IMG/VR virus record: IMGVR_UViG_3300032288_003086
Coordinates: 60,087-124,086 of that record
Direction: 5' to 3' (one strand)
Length of the DNA stretch: 64,000 nucleotides
DNA from: a virus
How positions within the stretch are numbered: the stretch's first letter is position 1; every line of letters begins with the position of its first letter. This document shows positions 55,731-64,000 of this stretch, piece by piece. A program made the translations under genes and the position numbers. Under the pieces are notes generated by a model. The model worked only from the letters and a program-made list of their open reading frames with translations, ran no database searches and had not been told where the DNA came from.

Positions 55731-56840
55731 TTATATGACCACTCCATCTTGGATTTGGAAGGGGGATACTGTAAAGGATTTCTTGTCTTCATGGAGTTGT
55801 ACTGTTGCTCCACCTTGTGTCCATTGGTTGAGTACGCCAGTGTATCTTGGTTTTAGGTAGCATAGGGATCCTACTGCCCAGGCTGTGTGTACTTCATCTG
55901 CCAGGTTTCTACTGGAGTCTGTCTGGTTTTTATGCCAGTGGCCGAACATGATATTGACTCCCACGCGCATTCTGACTTGTCTTGCAATGTTGACTGTTCC
56001 AGATCTGAGTCCTAGTTCATGTCCATGGGCTATCCAAAGTTGTCCAAATTTTGCCACTTTTTGTTCAGGTACGTGTATGATATCTAGATCTTGTAGTTGC
56101 ATCAGGGTGGGCATATCCATACCATATAGGTTGGCTAGTTCTTCGCAGCGGCTGATGATGTAGGATTCTAGTCTTTTCTCGTGGTTACCATCTTTCCAGT
56201 AGATGGGTATTTTGGGGAACATTTTTCTCAGTGATTTTAGGAAGGAGCGTCCCACGTCGATTTCATCTTTGAGGTATCTGCCATTGGGTGCGCTTTCAAA
56301 CCTGGATACATTTTCCATGTCCATGATATCTCCATTGAGGTAGATGCCATTTACATTGCGGCGTTTGAACTCGGCGAAGCATGCTTGTACTGCGAACTTG
56401 TCATGGTATGGGAGATGGATGTCGTTGCATATGCCTAGGTTGGTTACACCTTGTATGATATAGGGTTCATTGATTTCGCTCCAGCTGTTGGGAAAGTCTA
56501 TAGTTTCAGCTAGGGGATCTTCAAAGTCAGGGCCTTCAGTGACATCTGGTTCTAGGATATAGGTCTTTTGAGCAAATGATTGAGCAGCGATGTCCATGTT
56601 TTGTACAATGGACTGTGCGATTTCATTTAGATTATCTTCTACAAAGTCTTCTATTTTTCCTGCGCGCGAGTGTACTACGTATTTCTCAACGGTGTATACG
56701 CTGTGTTTGATATCAGGGTTTGTTTTGAGGAAAAGCTGGGCGGTCTTGAATGCTGGTATATTGCGGGTTACTCCTGCCCCATCATTTTTCTTTACGAATT
56801 CATGTATGAGATCTTTGAGTTTTCTGTTCCTTCTTACCAT
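55731..56840 (-). CDS. Calcineurin-like metallophosphoesterase
   Basis: DIHLPYHD, GDIMD, GNHE, HGH, GHWH. Confidence 0.88.
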   Translation of the reverse strand: MVRRNRKLKDLIHEFVKKNDGAGVTRNIPAFKTAQLFLKTNPDIKHSVYTVEKYVVHSRAGKIEDFVEDNLNEIAQSIVQNMDIAAQSFAQKTYILEPDVTEGPDFEDPLAETIDFPNSWSEINEPYIIQGVTNLGICNDIHLPYHDKFAVQACFAEFKRRNVNGIYLNGDIMDMENVSRFESAPNGRYLKDEIDVGRSFLKSLRKMFPKIPIYWKDGNHEKRLESYIISRCEELANLYGMDMPTLMQLQDLDIIHVPEQKVAKFGQLWIAHGHELGLRSGTVNIARQVRMRVGVNIMFGHWHKNQTDSSRNLADEVHTAWAVGSLCYLKPRYTGVLNQWTQGGATVQLHEDKKSFTVSPFQIQDGVVI

Positions 56841-56843
56841 GGT

Positions 56844-57152
56844 CTATAGGATTGCGCTAAAGCGTTTGATTATGTTTCTTACTTGGCGTGGGCTTAGCTT
56901 GTTTATAAGGTAGGTCTCATGCCATAGTACCTGTTCTTCAGTCATCTCAGGATGGAGGAAGTGCAGTGCCTCATGAAGTAGGGTGCTGATGAGTTCATCC
57001 CTGTAATCCAGTTCAATACGCTCTATATCAGTGTGGCAATAGCCTCTGGCTGAGCGTAGTTTCTTGACATGGAATATATGAGGCTTCTCCCTAAACAACT
57101 TGTACAGCTTACGTACAAATCGATCCTTGTTTATGAGTGGTGTCTGAGGCAT
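56844..57152 (-). CDS. Small zincin-like metallopeptidase
   Basis: TLLHEALHF...E..V HExxH motif. Confidence 0.68.
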   Translation of the reverse strand: MPQTPLINKDRFVRKLYKLFREKPHIFHVKKLRSARGYCHTDIERIELDYRDELISTLLHEALHFLHPEMTEEQVLWHETYLINKLSPRQVRNIIKRFSAIL

Positions 57153-57209
57153 GGGTACAATTAAATATAGATATTTCCAAGGTAATTATCAACAGGTTAG
57201 GAAAAAAAC

Positions 57210-57254
57210 CTTGAGTACATAAATCTCTAAAGTTTAAATTTGTGATTATATTTG
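57210..57254 (+). promoter_or_regulatory. Bacteroidota sigma70-type promoter(s) for the packaging operon
   Basis: TAAATTTG (57235) and TATATTTG (57247) match TAnnTTTG; TTG at 57211. Confidence 0.55.
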
Positions 57255-57258
57255 CCCA

Positions 57259-57591
57259 ATGCGATTGAAATTATATGAGTATGCCATCCTTTGGCACCCT
57301 ACTACTGCAGAGGCAGAGCAGGGGATGAGGTCTATCTTGATCATAGAGCCTACGTATGTATTGGCTGTAGATAAAAGAGCAGCCATGGTTTCAGCCTCCA
57401 TGGATATCCCAAGTGTATACAAGGATACATTGGATCAGGTGGAGATATTGGTGCGTCCTTTCTTGGAGCAGTCTTCAGTGGCTTTTACTGGAACAAGTTC
57501 GACCAATGGGAACTTTTATGTGGACACCTTGACCAACAATTATTCATCAGTGGACTATAACATCATAAAAAACAATACATCAAATGAGTGA
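57259..57591 (+). CDS. Hypothetical phage protein
   Basis: LYEYAILWHP...VEILVRPF. Confidence 0.68.
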   Translation: MRLKLYEYAILWHPTTAEAEQGMRSILIIEPTYVLAVDKRAAMVSASMDIPSVYKDTLDQVEILVRPFLEQSSVAFTGTSSTNGNFYVDTLTNNYSSVDYNIIKNNTSNE

Positions 57592-57811
57592 GAAAAAAGA
57601 GAAGCCTTCGCGCGAGCAGATTATCAAGTGGTACAATGATGAGATTGAGCTGGCCAAGTTGAGGGCTGAGTTGGCATTGCATCAGCGCAATGCTACAGTA
57701 TCAGAAGCTGAGAGATTGCAGGCTATTGCTGTGATTGCACAAATGACTCAGGACCCAGAGCCTGAGCAGTCCAACATGTCAATACAAAGGGAATCTGAGG
57801 ATGGATGTTAA
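57584..57811 (+). CDS. Hypothetical coiled-coil protein
   Basis: 75 aa, coupled. Confidence 0.65.
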   Translation: MSEKKEKPSREQIIKWYNDEIELAKLRAELALHQRNATVSEAERLQAIAVIAQMTQDPEPEQSNMSIQRESEDGC

Positions 57812-58253
57812 AAGAGTGACCAAGAAGATAAGGCTTGATTCTCTTACTACGGCTATCAGGTACCAGCTCATTACTGAGTTGGTGTTCTTGCGTAAGTTGT
57901 CTATTACGGAGAATGACCTTATCTATCTTTCTTATTTGGCTCAATGGGGTCCAATGCCCATGAAGCAGTTCTGCCATAAGGTTGTGGTGGAGTTATATGG
58001 TCAGCAGATTTCTACAGATGTGGAGAAGCATCCTGTGAGGGTTCAAGCTGTGCGTAACAGATTGGGTATTTTAGAAAAGAGGGGGTTGATACAAAGGATC
58101 AAGGATGAGGGCAAGAAGCTTATTTCTCTTCCTGGTTCTTTTGGTGTGAACGCCAGTGGGAATATGTTATTGGAGTATAACTTTCTGTACATTGAAACCA
58201 AAAAAGATCAAAGATCTGATGCCATTGTTGGCTCAGGAGTTGCAGCTCTCTGA
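57801..58253 (+). CDS. Winged-helix-like protein
   Basis: QAVRNRLGILEKRGLIQR pattern. Confidence 0.55.
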   Translation: MDVKRVTKKIRLDSLTTAIRYQLITELVFLRKLSITENDLIYLSYLAQWGPMPMKQFCHKVVVELYGQQISTDVEKHPVRVQAVRNRLGILEKRGLIQRIKDEGKKLISLPGSFGVNASGNMLLEYNFLYIETKKDQRSDAIVGSGVAAL

Positions 58254-58578
58254 GAAGGAAGTGGCTTCAGTATTGAATGTGTATTGGGATAAGATCCGCA
58301 AGTTGCTTAGTTCTTTGGATCATAACAGGGTTTACCTCAAAGGTCTTGGAACCTTCTATGTCAAGCCATGGGCGGTGGACAAGAAGATGGAGGTCAATCA
58401 TAGGACTATTGACAAGTATACAGAAATGCCTACTCCTAGGAGTTTGATGATTATTAGTCAGGCTATCTTGGACAATGTAAAGCTTCAGAATGTCAAAGAG
58501 CGGGAAGCTGAGTTAATGAAAATTAAAAAACGTAAAAGGGATGAAAGGCGTAATCAAGATTTGGAAGGAAAAGGATAA
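58192..58578 (+). CDS. IHF/HU-like DNA-binding protein
   Basis: LAQELQLSEKEV...RVYLKGLGTFYVK; probable TTG start; typical crAss position upstream of terminase. Confidence 0.65.
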   Translation: MKPKKIKDLMPLLAQELQLSEKEVASVLNVYWDKIRKLLSSLDHNRVYLKGLGTFYVKPWAVDKKMEVNHRTIDKYTEMPTPRSLMIISQAILDNVKLQNVKEREAELMKIKKRKRDERRNQDLEGKG

Positions 58579-58882
58579 GATTCTAGAAGGCATTGCAAAC
58601 AGTGTCTTCAAGAAAGCTGATGTGGAACACATTGCAGCAGAGCGTATGTCTATATGCGACACTTGTCCTGACATTGATAGGGAAGGAACTAAATGTATGG
58701 TTCCAGGTACAAGTCCTTGTTGTGGAGTTTGTGGATGCTCACTAGGTCTAAAGACTAGGGCGTTGTCTGCAGCTTGCGACAATGGCAAGTGGCTGGCTGT
58801 GCTTTCCCAGGATGAACAGATCGCGTTGGATATGCATCTTAACAAAGATGATAATCCTTCCAACCATGAAAATAGTATTTGA
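58541..58882 (+). CDS. Cys-rich Zn-binding protein
   Basis: R..IC..C...CGVCGCSL.LKTR....C..GKW. Confidence 0.68.
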   Translation: MKGVIKIWKEKDKILEGIANSVFKKADVEHIAAERMSICDTCPDIDREGTKCMVPGTSPCCGVCGCSLGLKTRALSAACDNGKWLAVLSQDEQIALDMHLNKDDNPSNHENSI

Positions 58883-59678
58883 TCCCGCAACACACAGTTA
58901 CAAGACAGACCAAAATGAGGAGTACACCAGTGTAACAAAACTGATATCAAAGTATAAGCAGCCCTTTGATCAAAAGACAGCTGCTATGAAAGCTTCCAAG
59001 AATAAGAAAGGGAAGTGGTACAACATGTCCATACCTGAGATTATTGGTGTATGGGAAAAGGAGTCCAAAAGGAGTATAGACTTGGGTAACTGGTACCATG
59101 ACCAAAGGGAAAAGGATCTACTGCAGTGCGAAACTATCACCCTCAGCGGAGAGATCCTTAGCATACACCCTTGCCTGTATGATCAAGAAGGTCGCAAGAC
59201 TGCTTGTGATCAGAAGATTGGCAATGGTGTATATCCAGAACTTTTCCTGTATCTCCCCTCAGCGGGTATAGCTGGTCAGAGTGACAGGGTCACCATATCA
59301 AATGGTAAAGTTGATATCCTCGATTATAAAACCAACAAGGAGATCAAGACCCAAGGCTATCGCAATTATGAAGGCATCACCCAGAAGATGCTATATCCGC
59401 TGAGTCATCTGGATGATTGTAACTTGAACCATTACGCTGTTCAGTTAAGCATTTACATGTACATCATTCTTAAACACAATCCCTTGTATACACCAGGGGA
59501 TTTGACATTACATCATGTAGTGTTTGAGGAGGATTATGACAAGGATGCTTTCGGCTATCCTGTTTATCTGAGGGATGTAAATGGAGAATTCATCATAAAA
59601 GATGTGATCCCATATAAGTTGCCTTATCTCAAGAGTGAAGTCCATACGCTTATCGAACATTTTAAACAAAATAAATAA
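58866..59678 (+). CDS. PD-(D/E)xK nuclease
   Basis: HSY...SVT...GNWYH...PE...AGQSD...DYKTN...YAVQLSIY; start moved to MKIVF. Confidence 0.82.
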   Translation: MKIVFDPATHSYKTDQNEEYTSVTKLISKYKQPFDQKTAAMKASKNKKGKWYNMSIPEIIGVWEKESKRSIDLGNWYHDQREKDLLQCETITLSGEILSIHPCLYDQEGRKTACDQKIGNGVYPELFLYLPSAGIAGQSDRVTISNGKVDILDYKTNKEIKTQGYRNYEGITQKMLYPLSHLDDCNLNHYAVQLSIYMYIILKHNPLYTPGDLTLHHVVFEEDYDKDAFGYPVYLRDVNGEFIIKDVIPYKLPYLKSEVHTLIEHFKQNK

Positions 59679-59684
59679 ATAAAC

Positions 59685-59960
59685 ATGAAACTAAAAGGAA
59701 AAAGGGTGCTGTTGAACAGACCAGAACTTGAGAAATCACCAATCCACATGACTCCTGAAGTGCAGGAGAGTCTTGACAGGGAGAACATGAAGAAGTGGAC
59801 GCACTTGGAAGTATATCAGATAGGGGAGTCTGTTGAAGGAATCTCCGTGGGTGATATGGTATATCTTCCAAAGAATGCCATTGAGCGTTGTGACCTTGTA
59901 GAGGTAGAGGGTACACTTAAATTGATGGTGTCAGATTTTGACATTGCAATCATATGGTAA
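59685..59960 (+). CDS. GroES-like co-chaperonin
   Basis: LKGKRVLL...IG..V..ISVGD.V...DIAII. Confidence 0.68.
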   Translation: MKLKGKRVLLNRPELEKSPIHMTPEVQESLDRENMKKWTHLEVYQIGESVEGISVGDMVYLPKNAIERCDLVEVEGTLKLMVSDFDIAIIW

Positions 59961-60466
59961 AGCTATTTGATATTGCCAATGGTACGGTGGTTCCCAGTGA
60001 ACACTGCTATACCTTGAAGGATCTCAAGGCGGTCTTTGAAGCATATCCTGAGCACTATATGGATGCCTTTGCATATGTCTTTTACATGACCTGTCCCAAT
60101 CCAGATCTAAATCCTTTCTTTGATGTGGTGGAAACTGACAAAGAAACTCTTATATTACGCCAGCTGAATTCTTCGTTCTCCGTGGAGGATCCAGTTGTGA
60201 TCAATGCTGTTAAGTTATGTACGCAGCTTTATGAGACCCCGACTCTCAGGTCATATATGGGTATCAAAAAGATGTTGGATAAACTGGCTACCTATATGGA
60301 AACAGCGCCTATTGAAGCAGGGAGGGATGGTAACATCATGGCACTAGTGAATACTGCTGCCAAGTTTGAGAACATCCGCCAGAGTTTCAAAGGTGCGTAC
60401 AAAGACCTGATGGAGGAGCAGCAATCACAGGTGCGCGGAGGTCAACAACTGGCATATGACCAATAA
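59954..60466 (+). CDS. Conserved crAss-like protein, candidate terminase small subunit
   Basis: Position upstream of TerL; C-terminal VRGGQQLAYDQ. Confidence 0.5.
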   Translation: MVKLFDIANGTVVPSEHCYTLKDLKAVFEAYPEHYMDAFAYVFYMTCPNPDLNPFFDVVETDKETLILRQLNSSFSVEDPVVINAVKLCTQLYETPTLRSYMGIKKMLDKLATYMETAPIEAGRDGNIMALVNTAAKFENIRQSFKGAYKDLMEEQQSQVRGGQQLAYDQ

Positions 60467-60674
60467 GAAAATCGATCAATCGCTGTTCAACTGGATATTC
60501 CACTTCAATCCATGGACAGAGTTATGGAATGCATTCCCTAGGGAGAAGTATTTGGATTACTTCAATGATCCTGAGGATCCCAAGATGATAGTGATACGCT
60601 CTAAGAACTTCAAGACTCTTGCAGAAATCATCCGCAAGATAGAAGGAGATCCTAAGCGTATAGATGAATTATGA
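60456..60674 (+). CDS. Hypothetical protein
   Basis: 72 aa; WIFHFNP....W motif; coupled. Confidence 0.62.
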   Translation: MTNKKIDQSLFNWIFHFNPWTELWNAFPREKYLDYFNDPEDPKMIVIRSKNFKTLAEIIRKIEGDPKRIDEL

Positions 60675-62884
60675 CAGAATACTTTATTAAGATACCTACC
60701 TATGACGCTGATAGCGGGTTGTGGAGCCATATGGAGTTCACAACCAGGGAGGATTTGCTTGCTTTTGTAAAAGGTATATTCAAAGAACCTGGTCAGTATG
60801 GGTTTGACAAGACATCTCTTTTGTTTAACGAACAGGCAAGAATCTTCAACAAAACAAGGGTATATTGTATAGCTCCTCCTAGGTCAAAAGACTTTGTCCT
60901 ATACTGGGATACTGAAAAGGAGAAGTGTCGCAATGGAGTAATCTTCAAATCAGAGGGTAAGACCTGGTATATCACCAGGGATTACTACATGTGGTTGAAC
61001 TTCCTACCTATATATAATAAGGAGGTGGGGAAGTTTACCTTTGCGGATGTGCGTGATGCTCAATATCATATGGCACTTTATGAAGAGATTGCTAAGCTTA
61101 GTTACAAGCATGTGGCGATCTTGAAGAAACGTCAGATTGCATCCTCCTACTTCCATGCTGCCAAGATGATTAATGGTTTTTGGTTTGAGGAAGGATTTGT
61201 AAATAAGATTGCAGCCTCTCTCAAAGACTACATCAATGAGAAAGGAACCTGGCGTTTTTTGGATGAGTATAGGAACTTCCTCAATACTCATACTGCGTGG
61301 TATCGTCCTTGCCAACCTGATAAGACCTTCAACTGGGAACAGAAGATTGAGACTGTCCAGGGTGGTAGAAAGCGCGATGTGGGTCTGAAGTCTGTAATGA
61401 TTGGTATTACATTGGAGAAAGATCCTACTGCTGGTGTAGGTGGTCCATGCAATTTCTTCCTCCATGAGGAGGCTGGTATTGCACCCAGGATGAATGAGAC
61501 CTTGGAGTACCTCTTACCTGCACTTAAATCAGGTATGATCTATACAGGAATGTTTGTAGCTGCGGGTTCTGTGGGTGATTTGGATCAGTGTGAACCCTTG
61601 AGGGATCTCATATTCAATCCAGATTCCAAGGATGTACTGGCTGTAGGCACTAATCTAGTCAATGAGAATGGTGATTATGGTGAGTGTGGTTTGTTTATAC
61701 CTGAGCAGTGGAGTATGATTCCATGCATTGATGAGTGGGGGAACTCACTTGTGGAGAATGCGGTGGATATGATCCAAGAGGAACGCAAGCGGTGGAAGAA
61801 GGATCTCAAAGCCAACGATTATCAGCTGAGGATATCCCAGAAACCTATCAATATAGAGGAGGCATTTGCATATCGTAAGTCTTCAGTATGGCCCTTGCAT
61901 CTAATCACTAGTCAGTTGCGCAGGATTGAGGACAAGGAATATTACTGTGAGACAGTTCAGCTTATTCGCAATGACCAAGGACATGTGGAGGCTGAGCATT
62001 GTAAGAAGCTGCCCATCATGGAATTTCCTCTTTCACCCAAGACAAATGATAAAGAGGGGGCTGTTCTCATATGGGAACGCCCTGTAAAGGATGCGCCTTT
62101 CATGACTTACTATGCTTCTGTGGATCCTGTGGGTGAGGGTAAGACTACAACCTCGGATTCTTTGTGTAGTATATTCATATATAAGAGTCCACTCCAAGTA
62201 ACTAAAAGGAAGTATGATGGCTCTGTGGAGAATCATATAGAACATGATCAGATTGTGGCATCTTGGTGTGGGAGGTTTGATGATTTGAATAAAACCCATG
62301 AGCGCCTAGAGATGCTTATTGAATATTATGGGGCGTGGACGATTGTGGAGAACAACGTCTCCTTGTTTATCCAACACATGATCTTCAAAAAGAAGCAGAA
62401 GTATCTAGTACCTAAATCTCAGATCCTGTTTCTCAAAGACCTGGGTTCAAATAATAATGTATTCCAAGAATATGGCTGGAAGAATACGGGCACCTTATTC
62501 AAATCACATCTCATATCCTATGGTGTCAACTTCTGTACAGAGGAGATAGATAATGTGACTAAGGAAGATGGCACCATTGTCAAGACTACTTATGGGATAG
62601 AGCGCATCAAGGATCCTATCCTATTGAAAGAGATGCAGCAGTATAGAGAAGGTTTGAACGTGGATAGGTTGGTGGCATTCTGTGCGCTGGTAGCCTTTGC
62701 CAAGGTTCAACAATCCAACAGGGGATATCCTCATAAGATTGAAACTGAAACAAATCCACACAGATCCGAGCAAAAGTCATCAAATTTGACTAAATTAAGT
62801 ATGAACCCCTTTCGTAATTTAGGGAAACCTGTGCCCAAATCAGGTAATACCTTCAGAAGACAGGCGTTTAGAAACATAAAATAA
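60671..62884 (+). CDS. terL: Terminase large subunit
   Basis: KKRQIASSY Walker A variant, FLHEEAG Walker B, YASVDPV and NVDRLVA nuclease motifs. Confidence 0.9.
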   Translation: MTEYFIKIPTYDADSGLWSHMEFTTREDLLAFVKGIFKEPGQYGFDKTSLLFNEQARIFNKTRVYCIAPPRSKDFVLYWDTEKEKCRNGVIFKSEGKTWYITRDYYMWLNFLPIYNKEVGKFTFADVRDAQYHMALYEEIAKLSYKHVAILKKRQIASSYFHAAKMINGFWFEEGFVNKIAASLKDYINEKGTWRFLDEYRNFLNTHTAWYRPCQPDKTFNWEQKIETVQGGRKRDVGLKSVMIGITLEKDPTAGVGGPCNFFLHEEAGIAPRMNETLEYLLPALKSGMIYTGMFVAAGSVGDLDQCEPLRDLIFNPDSKDVLAVGTNLVNENGDYGECGLFIPEQWSMIPCIDEWGNSLVENAVDMIQEERKRWKKDLKANDYQLRISQKPINIEEAFAYRKSSVWPLHLITSQLRRIEDKEYYCETVQLIRNDQGHVEAEHCKKLPIMEFPLSPKTNDKEGAVLIWERPVKDAPFMTYYASVDPVGEGKTTTSDSLCSIFIYKSPLQVTKRKYDGSVENHIEHDQIVASWCGRFDDLNKTHERLEMLIEYYGAWTIVENNVSLFIQHMIFKKKQKYLVPKSQILFLKDLGSNNNVFQEYGWKNTGTLFKSHLISYGVNFCTEEIDNVTKEDGTIVKTTYGIERIKDPILLKEMQQYREGLNVDRLVAFCALVAFAKVQQSNRGYPHKIETETNPHRSEQKSSNLTKLSMNPFRNLGKPVPKSGNTFRRQAFRNIK

Positions 62885-62891
62885 CACAGCT

Positions 62892-64000
62892 ATGGCATTA
62901 GTTATAAATGCAATGCAGGCGAAAGCGGGGGCCAAGACTGACCACACCCGCATGGGTACGCTTACTCAGCCTATACAGTTTCTTCCAAAGACACAGAAGG
63001 ATGGTGAGTGGGGTGCATGGAACATGGACTGGTTTGAGATGGAAGGTCTTAGGCAGATTCGCCGCAATGCTCGCAAGCTTTTGAAGAACTACAAGCTGGC
63101 CAATGGTATCATTGACAGGACTGACTACATCGTAGAAGAAGACAATGAGTATGCAGATTTGGTAGATACGCTCACGCGCGAGGATGCTTCAGCTCTTGAG
63201 CTTAAGTTCTACCCCATCATCCCCAATGTAATCAATGTAATGTGTGGGGAGTTTGCCAAAAGGGCAGACAAGGTACAGTATGTTACTACAGACCCTACTA
63301 GTTTCAATGAGATGTTGGAGCAGAAGCGGGCTATGATTGAGCAGTTCTTGCTTAAGAATGCTGAAATGAAAATAGCCATGCAGATGATTGAGATGGGGGC
63401 GGATCCTGAGTCAGATGAGTTTAAAGAAGCCCTATCACCTGAGAAGCTAAAGACTTTGCCTGAGATTGAGCAGTTCTTCAAGAAGGACTATCGTTCTTTA
63501 GTGGAGCAGTGGGCCAATCACCAGCATGAAGCTGACAGTGAAAGGTTCAAAATGAAGGAGTTGGAGAATCGCGCCTTCAGGGATATGCTTACTACAGACA
63601 GGGAGTTCTGGCATTTCAGGATGGATGAGGATGATTATGAGGTTGAGCTATGGAATCCAGTGCTGACCTTTTATCACAAGTCTCCTGACATCAGGTATAT
63701 ATCACAAGGAAACTTCGTAGGTAAGATAGAACTACATACAGTCTCTGACATCATAGACAGGTATGGATATTTAATGAATGATGAAGAACTCAGATCACTT
63801 GAAAACATCTATCCAAAGAAAGCTGCGGGGTATCCAATCCAAGGTTATCAAAATGACGGTACTTATTATGATGGTACTAGGAGTCATCAGTGGAACGTTA
63901 GTTCTCCTTCTCTTGGATTTCGTCAGTTCACTTCTGTCAATGATTATTTCTTGGCTGCGGGGGATGACATCATCACTAGGATCCTTAATGAGTCGGAAGA
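62892..64000 (+). CDS. Portal protein (3'-truncated by the window)
   Basis: ORF MALVINAMQAK...QPIQFLP...KNYKLANGII...FYPIIPNVINV runs off the window; follows TerL as in crAss-like phages. Confidence 0.8.
   Translation, partial: MALVINAMQAKAGAKTDHTRMGTLTQPIQFLPKTQKDGEWGAWNMDWFEMEGLRQIRRNARKLLKNYKLANGIIDRTDYIVEEDNEYADLVDTLTREDASALELKFYPIIPNVINVMCGEFAKRADKVQYVTTDPTSFNEMLEQKRAMIEQFLLKNAEMKIAMQMIEMGADPESDEFKEALSPEKLKTLPEIEQFFKKDYRSLVEQWANHQHEADSERFKMKELENRAFRDMLTTDREFWHFRMDEDDYEVELWNPVLTFYHKSPDIRYISQGNFVGKIELHTVSDIIDRYGYLMNDEELRSLENIYPKKAAGYPIQGYQNDGTYYDGTRSHQWNVSSPSLGFRQFTSVNDYFLAAGDDIITRILNESE

Noticed and set aside
1-64000. Stop-codon reassignment (TAG or TGA) as in some crAss-like phages
   Set aside because: Giant genes, PolB and TerL read through intact in the standard code, and no suppressor tRNA was seen

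Overview
64 kb of a crAss-like (Crassvirales-type) phage genome, most likely infecting a Bacteroidota host (TAnnTTTG promoter boxes, A-rich leaders without Shine-Dalgarno), read in the standard genetic code. Plus strand 1-23.3 kb: giant virion RNA polymerase (GSDFDID), a second giant ejection-type protein with a PD-(D/E)xK domain, a run of nine tiny Lys-rich ORFs, holin/spanin-like genes and two beta-helix tail spikes. Minus strand 23.3-55.2 kb: replication genes (PolB, exonuclease, RusA-like, primase, SSB-like, AAA_24, DnaB, Ung, SF2 helicase), a MoxR/vWA module and many small early genes. Plus strand 57.2-64 kb: IHF-like, GroES-like, terminase and a truncated portal. The most notable unexplained signals are in 51.6-55.7 kb: five co-oriented hairpins with covarying stems and a near-invariant GA-GC-GGA-GC-GA cap, four preceded by AGTGAG at fixed spacing (candidate virion-RNAP hairpin promoters or priming sites), several structured ncRNA candidates, and one of two tRNA mimics lacking an anticodon loop (the other is at 37.1 kb). 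All calls are by-eye motif recognition; no searches were run.
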